A stretch of 62,884 bases of DNA, counting the filler. It is 4 parts of 4 records of this genome, joined end to end, with 100 filler letters (N's around TTAATTAATTAA, not from the genome) between each part and the next. Parts side by side here need not be neighbours in the genome. Positions count along the whole stretch, not along the records: positions 1 to 19,870 come from DRR723986_5817; positions 19,971 to 29,865 come from DRR723986_5818; 2 more parts are not named here. One strand, 5' to 3'. Below the pieces are notes generated by a model. That model was given only the letters and a program-made list of their open reading frames with translations. It was not told where the DNA came from and did no database searches. The position numbers and the translations under genes are program-made. Numbering within the stretch: the stretch's first letter is position 1; each line of letters opens with the position of its first letter. Shown here piece after piece: positions 18,570 to 28,431 of this stretch.

Positions 18570-19751
18570 CTAAAGTATTTCTAATACGCCAGCTGCTCCT
18601 TGTCCTGTACCTACGCACATTGTAACAACTCCGTATTTTTCGTTTCTTCTTTTTAACTCATTAATAATCTGTACCGATAATTTTGCTCCAGTACATCCAA
18701 GCGGGTGACCTAAAGCAATTGCCCCACCGTTCACATTCACTATGTCAGGATTGATTCCTGTTTCTTTAATTACTGCGATTGATTGTGATGCAAATGCCTC
18801 ATTCAATTCAAATAAATTGATGTCATTCATTTTTAAACCAGCCATTTCAATAGCTCCTGGAATAGCATCCACTGGTCCGATTCCCATGATTCTTGGTTGA
18901 ACACCAACTACTTTGTACGAAAGCAATCTTGCAATTGGCTCTAAATTCAGCTTCTTCACCATTTCTTCAGACATCATTAAACAGAATGCGGCACCATCTG
19001 ACATTTGAGATGCATTTCCGGCAGTAACTGTTCCACCAGCCATAAATACTGGATTCAATCTTTGTAAAGCTTCAACGGTTGTTCCTTTTCTAGGTCCTTC
19101 GTCATGCTCTACGACATATTGTCTTTCTGCTCTTTTTCCATTCTCATCAACATAAACCTCAGTCATATTAACTGGAACGATATCGTCTTTAAATTTTCCA
19201 GCAGCTTGTGCCGCTAAAGCTTTCATGTGTGAGTTGTATGCAAATTCGTCTTGCATGTCTCTTGTTACGCCATATTTTTCAGCAACTGCTTCTGCTGTGT
19301 TTCCCATTCCCCAATACCAATCGGCATGTTCTTTAGAAACTTTTGCATTCGGCACTACTCTCCATCCCCCCATTGCAATGGCTGACATAGATTCTGTTCC
19401 ACCAGCGATAATTACATCTGCTAGTCCTGCTTCAATTTTAGCTTTTCCTAAAGCCATGGTCTCAATTCCTGAAGAACAGTATCTGTTAACCGTCATTCCT
19501 GGAACTTTATCAGTTTCTAATCCCATTAAAGAGATGAAACGACCAACGTTTAACCCTTGCTCTGCTTCTGGCATTGCGTTTCCAACAATTACATCATCAA
19601 TTAATGCAGGATCCAAGTTTGGAACTTCACTCATTAAATGTTTGATGACATCTGCCGCCAAATCATCTGGACGTGCAAATCTAAATCCGCCTTTATTGGC
19701 TTTACCTACTGCTGTTCTGTAGGCTTTTACGATATATGCTTGTTTGCTCAT
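18570..19751 (-). CDS. fadA: Acetyl-CoA C-acyltransferase (3-ketoacyl-CoA thiolase)
   Basis: TVNRYCSSG, NEAFA, GGAIALGHPLG, MCVGTGQG. Confidence 0.95.
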   Translation of the reverse strand: MSKQAYIVKAYRTAVGKANKGGFRFARPDDLAADVIKHLMSEVPNLDPALIDDVIVGNAMPEAEQGLNVGRFISLMGLETDKVPGMTVNRYCSSGIETMALGKAKIEAGLADVIIAGGTESMSAIAMGGWRVVPNAKVSKEHADWYWGMGNTAEAVAEKYGVTRDMQDEFAYNSHMKALAAQAAGKFKDDIVPVNMTEVYVDENGKRAERQYVVEHDEGPRKGTTVEALQRLNPVFMAGGTVTAGNASQMSDGAAFCLMMSEEMVKKLNLEPIARLLSYKVVGVQPRIMGIGPVDAIPGAIEMAGLKMNDINLFELNEAFASQSIAVIKETGINPDIVNVNGGAIALGHPLGCTGAKLSVQIINELKRRNEKYGVVTMCVGTGQGAAGVLEIL

Positions 19752-19771
19752 ATTAAATTCGTTTTATCTTG

Positions 19772-19870
19772 CTTCCCCCTTGCGGGTCGACTGAGTGTCG
19801 GCAAGGAGGGGGATTGAGGGGGAGGATCTTTTCAATGTTGAATCCTCCCCCTTAGTCCCCCTCCAAAGGG
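19772..19870. repeat. GC-rich REP-like palindromic repeat at contig end
   Basis: GGAGGGGGATTGAGGGGGAGGAT...ATCCTCCCCCTTAGTCCCCCTCC inverted arms in an AT-rich genome; the contig breaks inside it. Confidence 0.6.
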
Positions 19871-19970
19871 NNNNNNNNNNNNNNNNNNNNNNNNNNNNNN
19901 NNNNNNNNNNNNNNTTAATTAATTAANNNNNNNNNNNNNNNNNNNNNNNNNNNNNNNNNNNNNNNNNNNN
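19871..19970. other. Artificial contig linker
   Basis: N44-TTAATTAATTAA-N44 (stops in all six frames); GC and codon usage change across it. Confidence 0.99.
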
Positions 19971-20041
19971 ATCGGAATCTCCTCGTTCATCCTGCCGAGA
20001 AAATTCTACTTCTGTATCCCCCTAAGATCAGAGGCGATTAC
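19971..20041 (-). mobile_element. Probable left end of an IS3-family insertion sequence (truncated)
   Basis: Minus strand reads GTAATCGCCTCTGATCTTAGGGGGATACAGAAGTAGAATTTTCTCGGCAGGATGAACGAGGAGATTCCGAT, i.e. a terminal repeat-like end, GAGGAG RBS and a truncated AT(G). Recalled resemblance to Rhodobacteraceae IS3 ends, not searched. Confidence 0.45.
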
Positions 20042-20072
20042 CCAGGGTACATGGGTGCAAGTCAAGAGAGTG

Positions 20073-20993
20073 TTACTGCACTTGCCTGAGCTGCTCGATT
20101 GTTACCTCCTGCCTCCAGCGTTTCGCCATGTAGTCACGACGATACTTGCTGAGCGAAGGCCTATCTAAGACCGTCTCACTTCGCGTGCCACTTACCACGC
20201 GGCTTGTCCAATTACTTAAGCGGTTGTGTTTGCCAAGTGCTATCTGAAAGCCAACGCCCACCTTGAGAATTCCGTGTTCTTTCAGCGTGACGCGCAGAGC
20301 ACCCTCTATGCGGCCGAAGTCACGTTCAACCTGGAGGCCCGCAAACTCTCTGTCTTGCTCAAAACCCGCAGCCCAAGCCAGATCTGCACCCAAAACTGCA
20401 TCCCAAAATCGACGCCCATAACTCACAGACACTGACACTCCCTCATCATCGCTTAGGGCCGCATAGAGCAAGGTCTCCGAATTCTCATTAATGTGAAGTT
20501 GGGCCCGATCAAAGTTTAGGCGGGTTTGTGCAATTGCATCGATGCTTACGGTGGTAAGCGCAGTGGTCGAGGGGGCTAGGATCCATTTTGAATTCAGGAT
20601 GGGTTTTGTTGTGCTATCCTGACTAACGGCTCCAAAACCAAAGGATAGGGTGGGGGTCACAAACCAGTCAGTGCTGACCCGTATTTCGTCTTTTGAAAGT
20701 TCAATCAAACCGAGGGGCGCACTTGTGACCCGCCCCGTGATTGGCGCCTCTGTGACTTGACTCAGATAATAAAGGCTGCTCGTGTCTCCAAATTTCACCG
20801 CTTCACGGATTCCAGTCTCTGGTAGAAGATAGCTGAAGCGCGTCTTGCCATCAGCGCTTGGAGACCAGACTGTGTGGCCAGTCTCTGTGTCCGCATCTAG
20901 AAAAGTTTCTGGTCCAACTTTATTCCAAGGTTCTGCATGTAGAATCCTTGGCATAAGCATGACGATGCACAGAAGAGCTGCCTTAACGGACAT
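20073..20993 (-). CDS. Exported putative beta-barrel protein, YjbH C-terminal-half-like
   Basis: Start at MSVKAALLC overlaps the SLBB gene stop; signal peptide; alternating strands; C-terminal VGVGFQIALG...LSKYRRDYMAKRWR echoes the YjbH end. Confidence 0.6.
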   Translation of the reverse strand: MSVKAALLCIVMLMPRILHAEPWNKVGPETFLDADTETGHTVWSPSADGKTRFSYLLPETGIREAVKFGDTSSLYYLSQVTEAPITGRVTSAPLGLIELSKDEIRVSTDWFVTPTLSFGFGAVSQDSTTKPILNSKWILAPSTTALTTVSIDAIAQTRLNFDRAQLHINENSETLLYAALSDDEGVSVSVSYGRRFWDAVLGADLAWAAGFEQDREFAGLQVERDFGRIEGALRVTLKEHGILKVGVGFQIALGKHNRLSNWTSRVVSGTRSETVLDRPSLSKYRRDYMAKRWRQEVTIEQLRQVQ

Positions 20994-23900
20994 TGTTGAT
21001 CGCCAACACCGATGTGGCAATGTTTCCCATTACGCGCGACACAAGATCTGTGAGACCCAATACGGTCAGCCGATCGGTCTTTGGGGGCACTACAATTGCT
21101 GATCCTGGCGGGATAATCGTGTTGCGCGACAAGGGGGTGCTCTCACCGTTGGGCAGCAACAGATAGGCACGCTTTAAATCTGCCAAGCGCGTCGCGCCAC
21201 CCGATGAGGCAAGATAAGCCGAGAGGGACTTGCCCGGTGCAAAGCTTGCGATTGTATCTCGATTGACTGCACCTAAAATACTCACATGTGCAGGCCGTTT
21301 TGGGATTGTCAGGCTATCACCGTCCTCGAGATATACTGGAGCCTGTGGATCCGCGAGTGTCACATTAAGTGATAGGCGCCCAGCCGGTTCTTGCAGTCTG
21401 AGTTGACGTGCATATCCAAGTACCGCGCTGACTTGTTCTTTGGCATTGGTATTGTCTGACGAGGCAACTTGAAGAACCGCCTGCTCCAACTGAGTGGCCA
21501 AAAGGTCATTGTATTCGCGCTCAGCCACTTTCAGGCTCTCGCGGGAGAAGACGGCCCCAAGTGGATAAGCAACGGGAGATAGGCCCCCAGCCCTCCTGAT
21601 CACATCATGTATAGTCTCACTACGAGAAAAAACATATTCGCCGGGTTTCATGACCTCTCCGGAGAGCGTTACCACACCAGATGCTACTTCGTTGATGAAA
21701 GCTGGAACGGCTACAATATAGAGGCCTTTCAAAACGTAACTTTCGCCCGACACTGCTCGCATATCGATTGTACGCCCTTCACCTTCAATGATGGAGCCTG
21801 CGCTGGCGCGGAGGTACTGGACAGACACTTTTGAAATATCTGCGGACGCCAGCACTCCTCCGGCTACATCTATTAACTGATCAAGCCTCACGTCGCCCGC
21901 TACAGGGTACTTTCCAGGTGCTTGTACTGCACCGCCGATAAAACGGCTGAAAGACATAATAAGTGCCAAATCTTTGGCAATAGCGTTTCGTGTGATGTTT
22001 GATTGGATTTGGTTAGACAGCTCTGAGGTAGTCTGCACGAGTTGCGTTATTTTTTCTTGTGCGCTTTCCTTGTCTTTACCGGTTTCGATGAGCTCTTGGG
22101 ATGATGCGACTATGTTTTCTTGCTGAGATTTGTCCGTTCGATTTACAACGTCGCTGATAAAGGTTCTGGAGAAAAGATAGACTTCTGAGTGACTGCTAAG
22201 CGTAGAGCTGTTCTGTGACAGAAGATCCAGCGGGGGCACAGTCTGTGTTTTCCAAGTATTATCGGTTGTATTGAGAGTTTTTAGTATGCTGAACAAGGGG
22301 TAGATATCGGCGTCATTTATCAACTCCAATACTGGACCTGATTGATCATCAAAAGCACTGGGGCTCATCAATGATACGAGCCGATAGTCGAGATAAATAG
22401 GTACCGAGAAACTCCGCCGAAGCTTCAAAGTATCGTCATCGCTAACTTTGAGCTGGTTTGCAAAGGCACCACGGCCCCAAAAGTTTATTGCATGTGCGAC
22501 TGGCAGTGGCGATTTGAAGTCAACGTTGAGTGATCTGCTAACTATTTGGGGCCTGCCCTCGGGTGTTCTCATGTCAACTTCCACCAGATCCGCGAGTTCC
22601 GACGCTGTGCTTTCTATGCCGAGAACGTCGAAAATAGTCGAAATCGACTGGGTATTGGAGGCAGGCAGCACTGCCAGCAACTCTCCGTTGAGCTTCACCC
22701 GCAAAACATTTGCACGTGCCAATAGGCGTGCAAGTGGAGCATTTTGTTGAAAACGGATGTTTTGCGCTTGTTGTTGTTCGCTCGCTGAAACTGGTGAATC
22801 AAACCTGTTTATAAAATCTGATAGAAAACGCGTTTCGAACAGATGAATCTTGATGCCAGCCTTGGATGAGAACGGCTCAACACCCTGAAGTAAGTCCCTA
22901 AGGCTTACTGAGCGCGCAGTGCCGTCACTATCCTCAAGAATTGCTAGGTCCAAGTTTGTCTCAGGGGTCAATCGATAGTAAGAGCTGATTGTACCAGAAA
23001 ACCCTTCAACCTGATGTGGTGGTATGAAGGCTAGCCGCTTGCCGTTCAGATATAGCTCAACCACTTCAGCTTGTGAAATTGCGGCCACCATTGGATCATC
23101 CGTGGCATTTGGATCGGCTGCAACCAAGCGACGATAGCTTTGTTGGTCAAATACAACCAGTGTCGCTCCCACGGGCAGTTTTTCTACGTCATTTTGCAAA
23201 GCTTTTTGTAGATCGATTGCACGCACTGAGCCATCAGCGCTTACGACCATGGCAAAGTCTGTGCGCGCGTCGCGTTTTAACGTGGCGCCTGATTTTAGTA
23301 CTTGTTGTACTGACAGAGGCTCATTACTCGCCATCGCATACTCATCGAGAACCGCGCCAATAACGGTGATGGCCTCTTGAAGGCGTGTCTCCACAAAACG
23401 CAAGTTCAGTACTTCACCTGTGGAAATACTGTCGTTGATACTCACCGAGCGAGTTTTTGCTACTCCAGTTTCGTCGAAGTACTTCACCTCTAAAACAAGT
23501 CCTGGTGGTAGGATACGGGTTCCTGAAAGGCTCAAGAGATCGCGAACTGATATTGCAGTATTCCCGGTAGGAAGTTCGTAAATAGCAGGCTGTGCGACGA
23601 AGCCGAATGCGGCAACTGTAGCCCCCTGGTTTGGGACAAAAACTCTTGAGGCGTCAGTCACAAGAGGGTCGTCAGAGCCTGTTGGGCTTTGTAAAAAGTT
23701 GTAAAAGTCGACTTCAGAGACTGAGCCATCACGATCGCGCAACACGATATTTCTGAGAGAGCCGTTTGGCTTCACTCCGCCTGCATAAGCTAAAACTCGG
23801 CTCAAAGGCGTGTAGGCTGGAACAGCCAAAGTTCTGGGCTCTTTTACTGCGCCACTGACTTGAACAGTAATAAGTCTTGCTGTTTCTAAAGATATGAAAA

Positions 23901-24486
23901 CTGAGGCAGATGCGTCATCATATTGAAGAATGTTTAGAATATTTTGCTCAACCTCTTCGATTGTGAGGCCACTTACAGAAATAGGTGGAAGATCATCGAG
24001 GATCAGGTTTCCGTCGCGGCCAATTTTGTAGTTTTGGTTTGACTGAGATAGGCCACGTAATGTCACGCGAATAACATCGCCCGGCGCAAGTCGGTAACTT
24101 TTGCCAACGGTGTTGAAGAATAGTAGCTGATTATCTTGGCTTTGCGAAAACTCTTTCGCACCGTACACGGGCAGCGACTGCCCCGTTATAATTCTAAAAT
24201 ACTTTTGGACCACGCTCTCGTCGGTTGGGGATTTCCCCGAAGACTGAATGAGAAGATTGCCGTCTAATGATATATCACCCGCATTTACAGCGTTTGCGTC
24301 TTGCGATGTAGGCACACCCTTCGCTGAAGGATCCGCTTGCCTCTGTGTCTGCAAGCCCTCCAAGCGCTGGGCCACTCCTGGTTGCCCGAGGAGGAGATCG
24401 ATTTGGCCTGGGGTTTGAGCAGACGCTGCTAATCCGGATAGGGCAAAGGACAGGATCCATGAGAGTAATTTTAGTTTGTTATTCAT
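20983..24486 (-). CDS. Large polysaccharide export OPX protein with multiple SLBB domains (OtnA/WbfF/KpsD-like)
   Basis: YRLAPGDVIRV Poly_export domain; repeated SLBB motifs (VSGAVKEP...AGG, GAVQAPGKY, GEVMKPGEY, LGAVN); C-terminal amphipathic helix. Confidence 0.9.
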   Translation of the reverse strand: MNNKLKLLSWILSFALSGLAASAQTPGQIDLLLGQPGVAQRLEGLQTQRQADPSAKGVPTSQDANAVNAGDISLDGNLLIQSSGKSPTDESVVQKYFRIITGQSLPVYGAKEFSQSQDNQLLFFNTVGKSYRLAPGDVIRVTLRGLSQSNQNYKIGRDGNLILDDLPPISVSGLTIEEVEQNILNILQYDDASASVFISLETARLITVQVSGAVKEPRTLAVPAYTPLSRVLAYAGGVKPNGSLRNIVLRDRDGSVSEVDFYNFLQSPTGSDDPLVTDASRVFVPNQGATVAAFGFVAQPAIYELPTGNTAISVRDLLSLSGTRILPPGLVLEVKYFDETGVAKTRSVSINDSISTGEVLNLRFVETRLQEAITVIGAVLDEYAMASNEPLSVQQVLKSGATLKRDARTDFAMVVSADGSVRAIDLQKALQNDVEKLPVGATLVVFDQQSYRRLVAADPNATDDPMVAAISQAEVVELYLNGKRLAFIPPHQVEGFSGTISSYYRLTPETNLDLAILEDSDGTARSVSLRDLLQGVEPFSSKAGIKIHLFETRFLSDFINRFDSPVSASEQQQAQNIRFQQNAPLARLLARANVLRVKLNGELLAVLPASNTQSISTIFDVLGIESTASELADLVEVDMRTPEGRPQIVSRSLNVDFKSPLPVAHAINFWGRGAFANQLKVSDDDTLKLRRSFSVPIYLDYRLVSLMSPSAFDDQSGPVLELINDADIYPLFSILKTLNTTDNTWKTQTVPPLDLLSQNSSTLSSHSEVYLFSRTFISDVVNRTDKSQQENIVASSQELIETGKDKESAQEKITQLVQTTSELSNQIQSNITRNAIAKDLALIMSFSRFIGGAVQAPGKYPVAGDVRLDQLIDVAGGVLASADISKVSVQYLRASAGSIIEGEGRTIDMRAVSGESYVLKGLYIVAVPAFINEVASGVVTLSGEVMKPGEYVFSRSETIHDVIRRAGGLSPVAYPLGAVFSRESLKVAEREYNDLLATQLEQAVLQVASSDNTNAKEQVSAVLGYARQLRLQEPAGRLSLNVTLADPQAPVYLEDGDSLTIPKRPAHVSILGAVNRDTIASFAPGKSLSAYLASSGGATRLADLKRAYLLLPNGESTPLSRNTIIPPGSAIVVPPKTDRLTVLGLTDLVSRVMGNIATSVLAINNVR

Positions 24487-25411
24487 TTTGTAACGCTTTT
24501 TTTATGAGTACCGAGGCCGCCCCAATGAATGTCCCAAGAACAAGGGCGAGTGCAAGGACGAGAGAGGCTTTAGGAGATGTCGGCCGTAAAGAGACTGATG
24601 GGCTTGTTAGTGGCTTTGCTACAAAATGCCCTCCCACAGTCGCGAGCATTAGCTTTTGCTCTTCTTGAACAATTAACTGTGCTAGTGCTTCACGATGCTC
24701 ACGTGACCGTGCGGAAACAATCTTGCTTTGATAAAACTCTAGAGTTTCTAGACCCTGCACAACAAAGCGATCTCTGATTATTTTATCGGTTGTGGCTGTC
24801 GCCGCTGTCATAAGGTCGATAATCAGGTCCGGCTCTGCAGTCTCGGTCGCTAACCTCAAAAAGCCGGTCTCTCTGTCCTCTGACTTTGAAAACGCTTCTG
24901 TGAGATATTCCGCCAGCCTAGCTGCGTTGGGGGGTAAATAATCCGGGCGACTTTCGCCGGTCAGAGCAAACTTAAGGGTTCCGGTCACAGCCCCAATGAA
25001 AGATCGTTCTGGGGTGATGAACTTTTGAGTTTCTTCATTCCACTCGTCGGCGAATACGCGACGCACCAGGTCTCGCTTTTTCATTAGCACTGCAGCCGTT
25101 TCTTCTGATTGCAATAGCATCTGAAAGGTTTGGAAATCGCTACTTTCCGCCTTGGGGAGTGATATACCGGCCAAAGAGGCCAGCCCCCCAAGTCCACCGA
25201 ACGAAGGGCCTCCTTCGTCTGATGTTGCAGGCTGAAATATGTACGTGACGGAGTATTTGCGTTCCGCAATCCAAAGATATGCTGATGACAGACAAATTGC
25301 AGCAGCCATACAAATCATGATGAGTTTGCGCCCATGCCAGAGCGAAAAAGCTATCTCTTTGAGGTCAATTTCGTCATCTACGTAAATCTTTTGGTTGTCG
25401 ACGTTCATCAC
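24479..25411 (-). CDS. wzz: Wzz/PCP family chain-length determinant (OtnB-like)
   Basis: DDEIDLKEIAFSLW, GGLGGLASLAGISL, C-terminal SPKASLVLALALVLG TM. Confidence 0.85.
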   Translation of the reverse strand: MMNVDNQKIYVDDEIDLKEIAFSLWHGRKLIMICMAAAICLSSAYLWIAERKYSVTYIFQPATSDEGGPSFGGLGGLASLAGISLPKAESSDFQTFQMLLQSEETAAVLMKKRDLVRRVFADEWNEETQKFITPERSFIGAVTGTLKFALTGESRPDYLPPNAARLAEYLTEAFSKSEDRETGFLRLATETAEPDLIIDLMTAATATTDKIIRDRFVVQGLETLEFYQSKIVSARSREHREALAQLIVQEEQKLMLATVGGHFVAKPLTSPSVSLRPTSPKASLVLALALVLGTFIGAASVLIKKALQNE

Positions 25412-25917
25412 GGTATCGTCCCAATGTCTGTCTTGGTGCTTGGGTGCGAATCTACCCTAGCAGCACCTCTTATGCTAAAACACATATGTCGCTCTGAGCC
25501 AATGGTGGCAGAGAATGAAATCGAAACGCGCCCGGTCGGTACTGCGTGGCACCCGAAAGAGGTCTTCTTTTCAGTGTTCCGATTGAGGTGCCACTTGATC
25601 GGCTCGCCTCAGGAGACCAGGTAGTGCTGAGTTCTGGCCCTTTTGTAACACTTGTGGCGAAGGTTTAAGACATCGCTCCAGACAAGTGTGTGTGGGTGTC
25701 ATTGGAAGTTATGGGGAGCCAAGCACGCGTTCTGACGGCACTAGAAAATTTTGGGTCAGCTGTTTAATCGAGCCGGCGGTGAATTTTTTTGTGCAGGTTA
25801 GTTTAGTTTTCATTGATAGGGTAGATTTGATACTTATCGGGTGCGAATCACTCTGCACTAGGGCTGTTTGGCCAAGCAGCCTTCACATGAAGCTAAGCGT
25901 AACTAAAAGGACAAGCC

Positions 25918-26286
25918 ATGAGGAAAAGCATCACTCTAATATTTGTTTGCGCTGCAATGCTTGCAGCGTCCCCAGTCCTCGTTTCAGCGCAAGCTGCAAC
26001 GGGGGCGACCACTGGTGCAAGTTCAGGCGCAGGTGCTGCAGCAGGAACCGGTACGGCAGCGGGTGCTGGTGCAGCAGCGGGCACTGGTGCCGCGGCGGGC
26101 GCAGGAGCAGCGGCAGGTGCTGCAGCTGCTGGTGCCGCGGCTGGTGGAATAGCAGCAGGGGCATTGGGTGCACTCGCAGCTACGGGCCTTGCCGTTGCTG
26201 TTGGAGCAGCGGTAATCAACAACGCCTCTTCCTCTTCGGCTCCTGCGTCAACAGTGACCACCACCACAACGACAACAACAAACTAA
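25918..26286 (+). CDS. YjbE/GfcA-like small exported Ala/Gly-rich protein with poly-Thr tail
   Basis: Signal peptide, (GAGAAA)n repeats, hydrophobic segment, TVTTTTTTTTN end; AAAGGA RBS; first gene before yjbH. Confidence 0.75.
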   Translation: MRKSITLIFVCAAMLAASPVLVSAQAATGATTGASSGAGAAAGTGTAAGAGAAAGTGAAAGAGAAAGAAAAGAAAGGIAAGALGALAATGLAVAVGAAVINNASSSSAPASTVTTTTTTTTN

Positions 26287-26298
26287 CTCGGTTGGAAG

Positions 26299-28431
26299 AT
26301 GGTAGCCGTGCCGGCCTTGAGATACGCTTGTTCCCGAGGTCGGGCATGCGCCGTATTTTTAACGATCACCGTCATCTTTGCGTCGAGTTCTTCAGCGAGT
26401 GAAGTCAGTCCAACGGTGTTCGGCCTCTTTGGGAGACCGGGCACTTTTGATACACCAAGTGGCGATGCCGCGTCTGAGGGTACACTTGCATTCTCCTATA
26501 CCTATGCAGAATCATTCACCCGCAATGCTGTTTTCTTTCAATATGCTCCCTGGGGTTCAGTCACGCTGAGATATTCTGGCAACGGAGTTGTCGGAGCAAA
26601 TGGTGTACGTCCAAACTACGATCGTAGCCTTGATTTCACGTTTAACCTGATTTCTGAGACGATGCTAAGGCCATCTGTAACTGTTGGGCTCCAAGATATC
26701 ATCGGGACCGGCGCGTTTTCTGGAGAGTATTTGGCGGTTGGAAGGACGTTTTTTGATGGCAAAGTGGATTTAGACATAGGACTTGGCTGGGGGCGTTTTG
26801 CTTCAAGTAACGCGTTACGAAACCCGTTAGCAGTGCTTTCTGGCTTATTTGAAGAAAGACCTCCCAGGGCGGTTGGCAGGGGAGGGCGCCTTTATCCTCA
26901 AGAGTGGTTCCGAGGCGATGTTGCGGCGTTTGGTGGAGTTACGTTCAAGGCTACCGACCGTTTGGCTTTCAAAGCAGAGTACTCACCTGATAATTACACC
27001 AAGTTCCGACGCACCGGCACCCTTACGTCAAAATCACCTCTAAATTTAGGTGCTCAATATGCGTTCTCACCGTCAGTTTTGGGGCACGTTGGGTTTTTGC
27101 AGGGAACTGAGCTGACCTTTGGTGTAACAATCCAAACTAATGTCAAACAGTCCGCGACTGTTTCCTCTCCCGTTGCTGGTCCACCGTTCGTCTTCACTGG
27201 TGAGTCGGGTTGGACGCCACAGGAGTATCAGGCTCAATCGGGTGTTCGTGGAAAACTTGAAGAAGTTTTTGAGAAGCAAGGGATGCGAGTGGTCGCATTT
27301 GATGTCCAGGGCTCGCGTGCGAAAGTTGCATTTGAAAACGGAAACTTCGACGCGCCCGCCCAGGCTTTTGGAAGGATGGCGCGTTGGCTTACCTTCGTCG
27401 TTGAGCCTTCGGTTGATACGTTTGAGCTCACGGCTGTGAAGAGCGGCATGCCCGTTGCAACAGTTACAATACCAAGAGCTGCTCTTGTTTCTGCTGAACA
27501 CGATCTTTTCGGCCCTGAAACTTTGCAGATCGCCTCCAGGCTAGAGCCGGCGACCCAGCCACTGAAGGAACTAAACGAGGTTAAAGCTAAGCACCAGTTT
27601 AGTTGGGGGATCTCGCCCTATTTGCAGATAACACTATTCGACCCAGACGATCCGCGTAGGGCTGACGTTGCTATTCAAGTAGATACGTCATATACAAACG
27701 GCCTAGGTTTCCATGCTGTGAGTTCGTTGCAAAAACGTCTAACAGGGAACAGAGGTGATGGCCGCCTTTCAAACTCTGTTCTGCCTCATGTGCGAACGGA
27801 TCAGGTTCTATATGATCGGTCCGAGCAAATAAAAATTAAAGACCTTTATATCGCTCAGTATGGTAAGCTCGCTCCTGATGTGTATGGCCGTGTAACATTG
27901 GGTTATCTTGAGCAGATGTATGCTGGCATATCAGCCGAGACCCTCTGGGCCCCGTTTTCTTCGTCATGGAGTTTTAGTGCTGAAGCGAATTACGTACATC
28001 AACGGGATTATGACGGTGGCTTTGGGCTACGTGATTATGATGTAGTGACTGGTCACCTTGCAGGGCGGTACACGTTTGATAGTGGAGCTTATGCGAAGCT
28101 TTCGGTTGGTCGTTATTTGGCTGGCGACAAGGGTGCTACCTTTACGGTTGGTAGAACATTTAAAAACGGGTGGGATTTGAGTGCTTATGCAACCTTGACC
28201 GATGTGCCGTTCGATGCCTTTGGAGAAGGTAGCTTCGACAAAGGTATCCGGCTCGAGATACCAATTGCCGCCCTGTTCGGTGTACAATCGCGATCAAAAA
28301 GCAGAGTTGGGTTGCGCTCAATCACGCGTGATGGAGGAGCGACTTTAAATGTGCCAGGTCGGTTATCAGAGATGATCGAAGGATATTCACGGCGTGATAT
28401 TGTAAATTCTTGGTCGAGAGTTTTACGTTGA
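26299..28431 (+). CDS. yjbH: YjbH/GfcD outer-membrane exopolysaccharide protein
   Basis: DRSLD, VGLQDIIGTGAFSGEY, GLGWG, GYLEQMYAG, GRYLAGDKG, FGEGSFDKG. Confidence 0.93.
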   Translation: MVAVPALRYACSRGRACAVFLTITVIFASSSSASEVSPTVFGLFGRPGTFDTPSGDAASEGTLAFSYTYAESFTRNAVFFQYAPWGSVTLRYSGNGVVGANGVRPNYDRSLDFTFNLISETMLRPSVTVGLQDIIGTGAFSGEYLAVGRTFFDGKVDLDIGLGWGRFASSNALRNPLAVLSGLFEERPPRAVGRGGRLYPQEWFRGDVAAFGGVTFKATDRLAFKAEYSPDNYTKFRRTGTLTSKSPLNLGAQYAFSPSVLGHVGFLQGTELTFGVTIQTNVKQSATVSSPVAGPPFVFTGESGWTPQEYQAQSGVRGKLEEVFEKQGMRVVAFDVQGSRAKVAFENGNFDAPAQAFGRMARWLTFVVEPSVDTFELTAVKSGMPVATVTIPRAALVSAEHDLFGPETLQIASRLEPATQPLKELNEVKAKHQFSWGISPYLQITLFDPDDPRRADVAIQVDTSYTNGLGFHAVSSLQKRLTGNRGDGRLSNSVLPHVRTDQVLYDRSEQIKIKDLYIAQYGKLAPDVYGRVTLGYLEQMYAGISAETLWAPFSSSWSFSAEANYVHQRDYDGGFGLRDYDVVTGHLAGRYTFDSGAYAKLSVGRYLAGDKGATFTVGRTFKNGWDLSAYATLTDVPFDAFGEGSFDKGIRLEIPIAALFGVQSRSKSRVGLRSITRDGGATLNVPGRLSEMIEGYSRRDIVNSWSRVLR

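Noticed and set aside
947-19722. Numerous short antisense ORFs within dnaE, acyl-CoA dehydrogenase, thiolase and similar genes (also in contigs 2-4)
   Set aside because: They fully overlap well-supported genes on the opposite strand and have no motifs or RBS support.
25686-26402. Cys-rich 238-aa ORF and the antisense Pro/Ala-rich ORF 25893-26267
   Set aside because: Alternate-frame shadows of the GCN/GGN repeats in the YjbE-like gene, which has the RBS, signal peptide and operon context.
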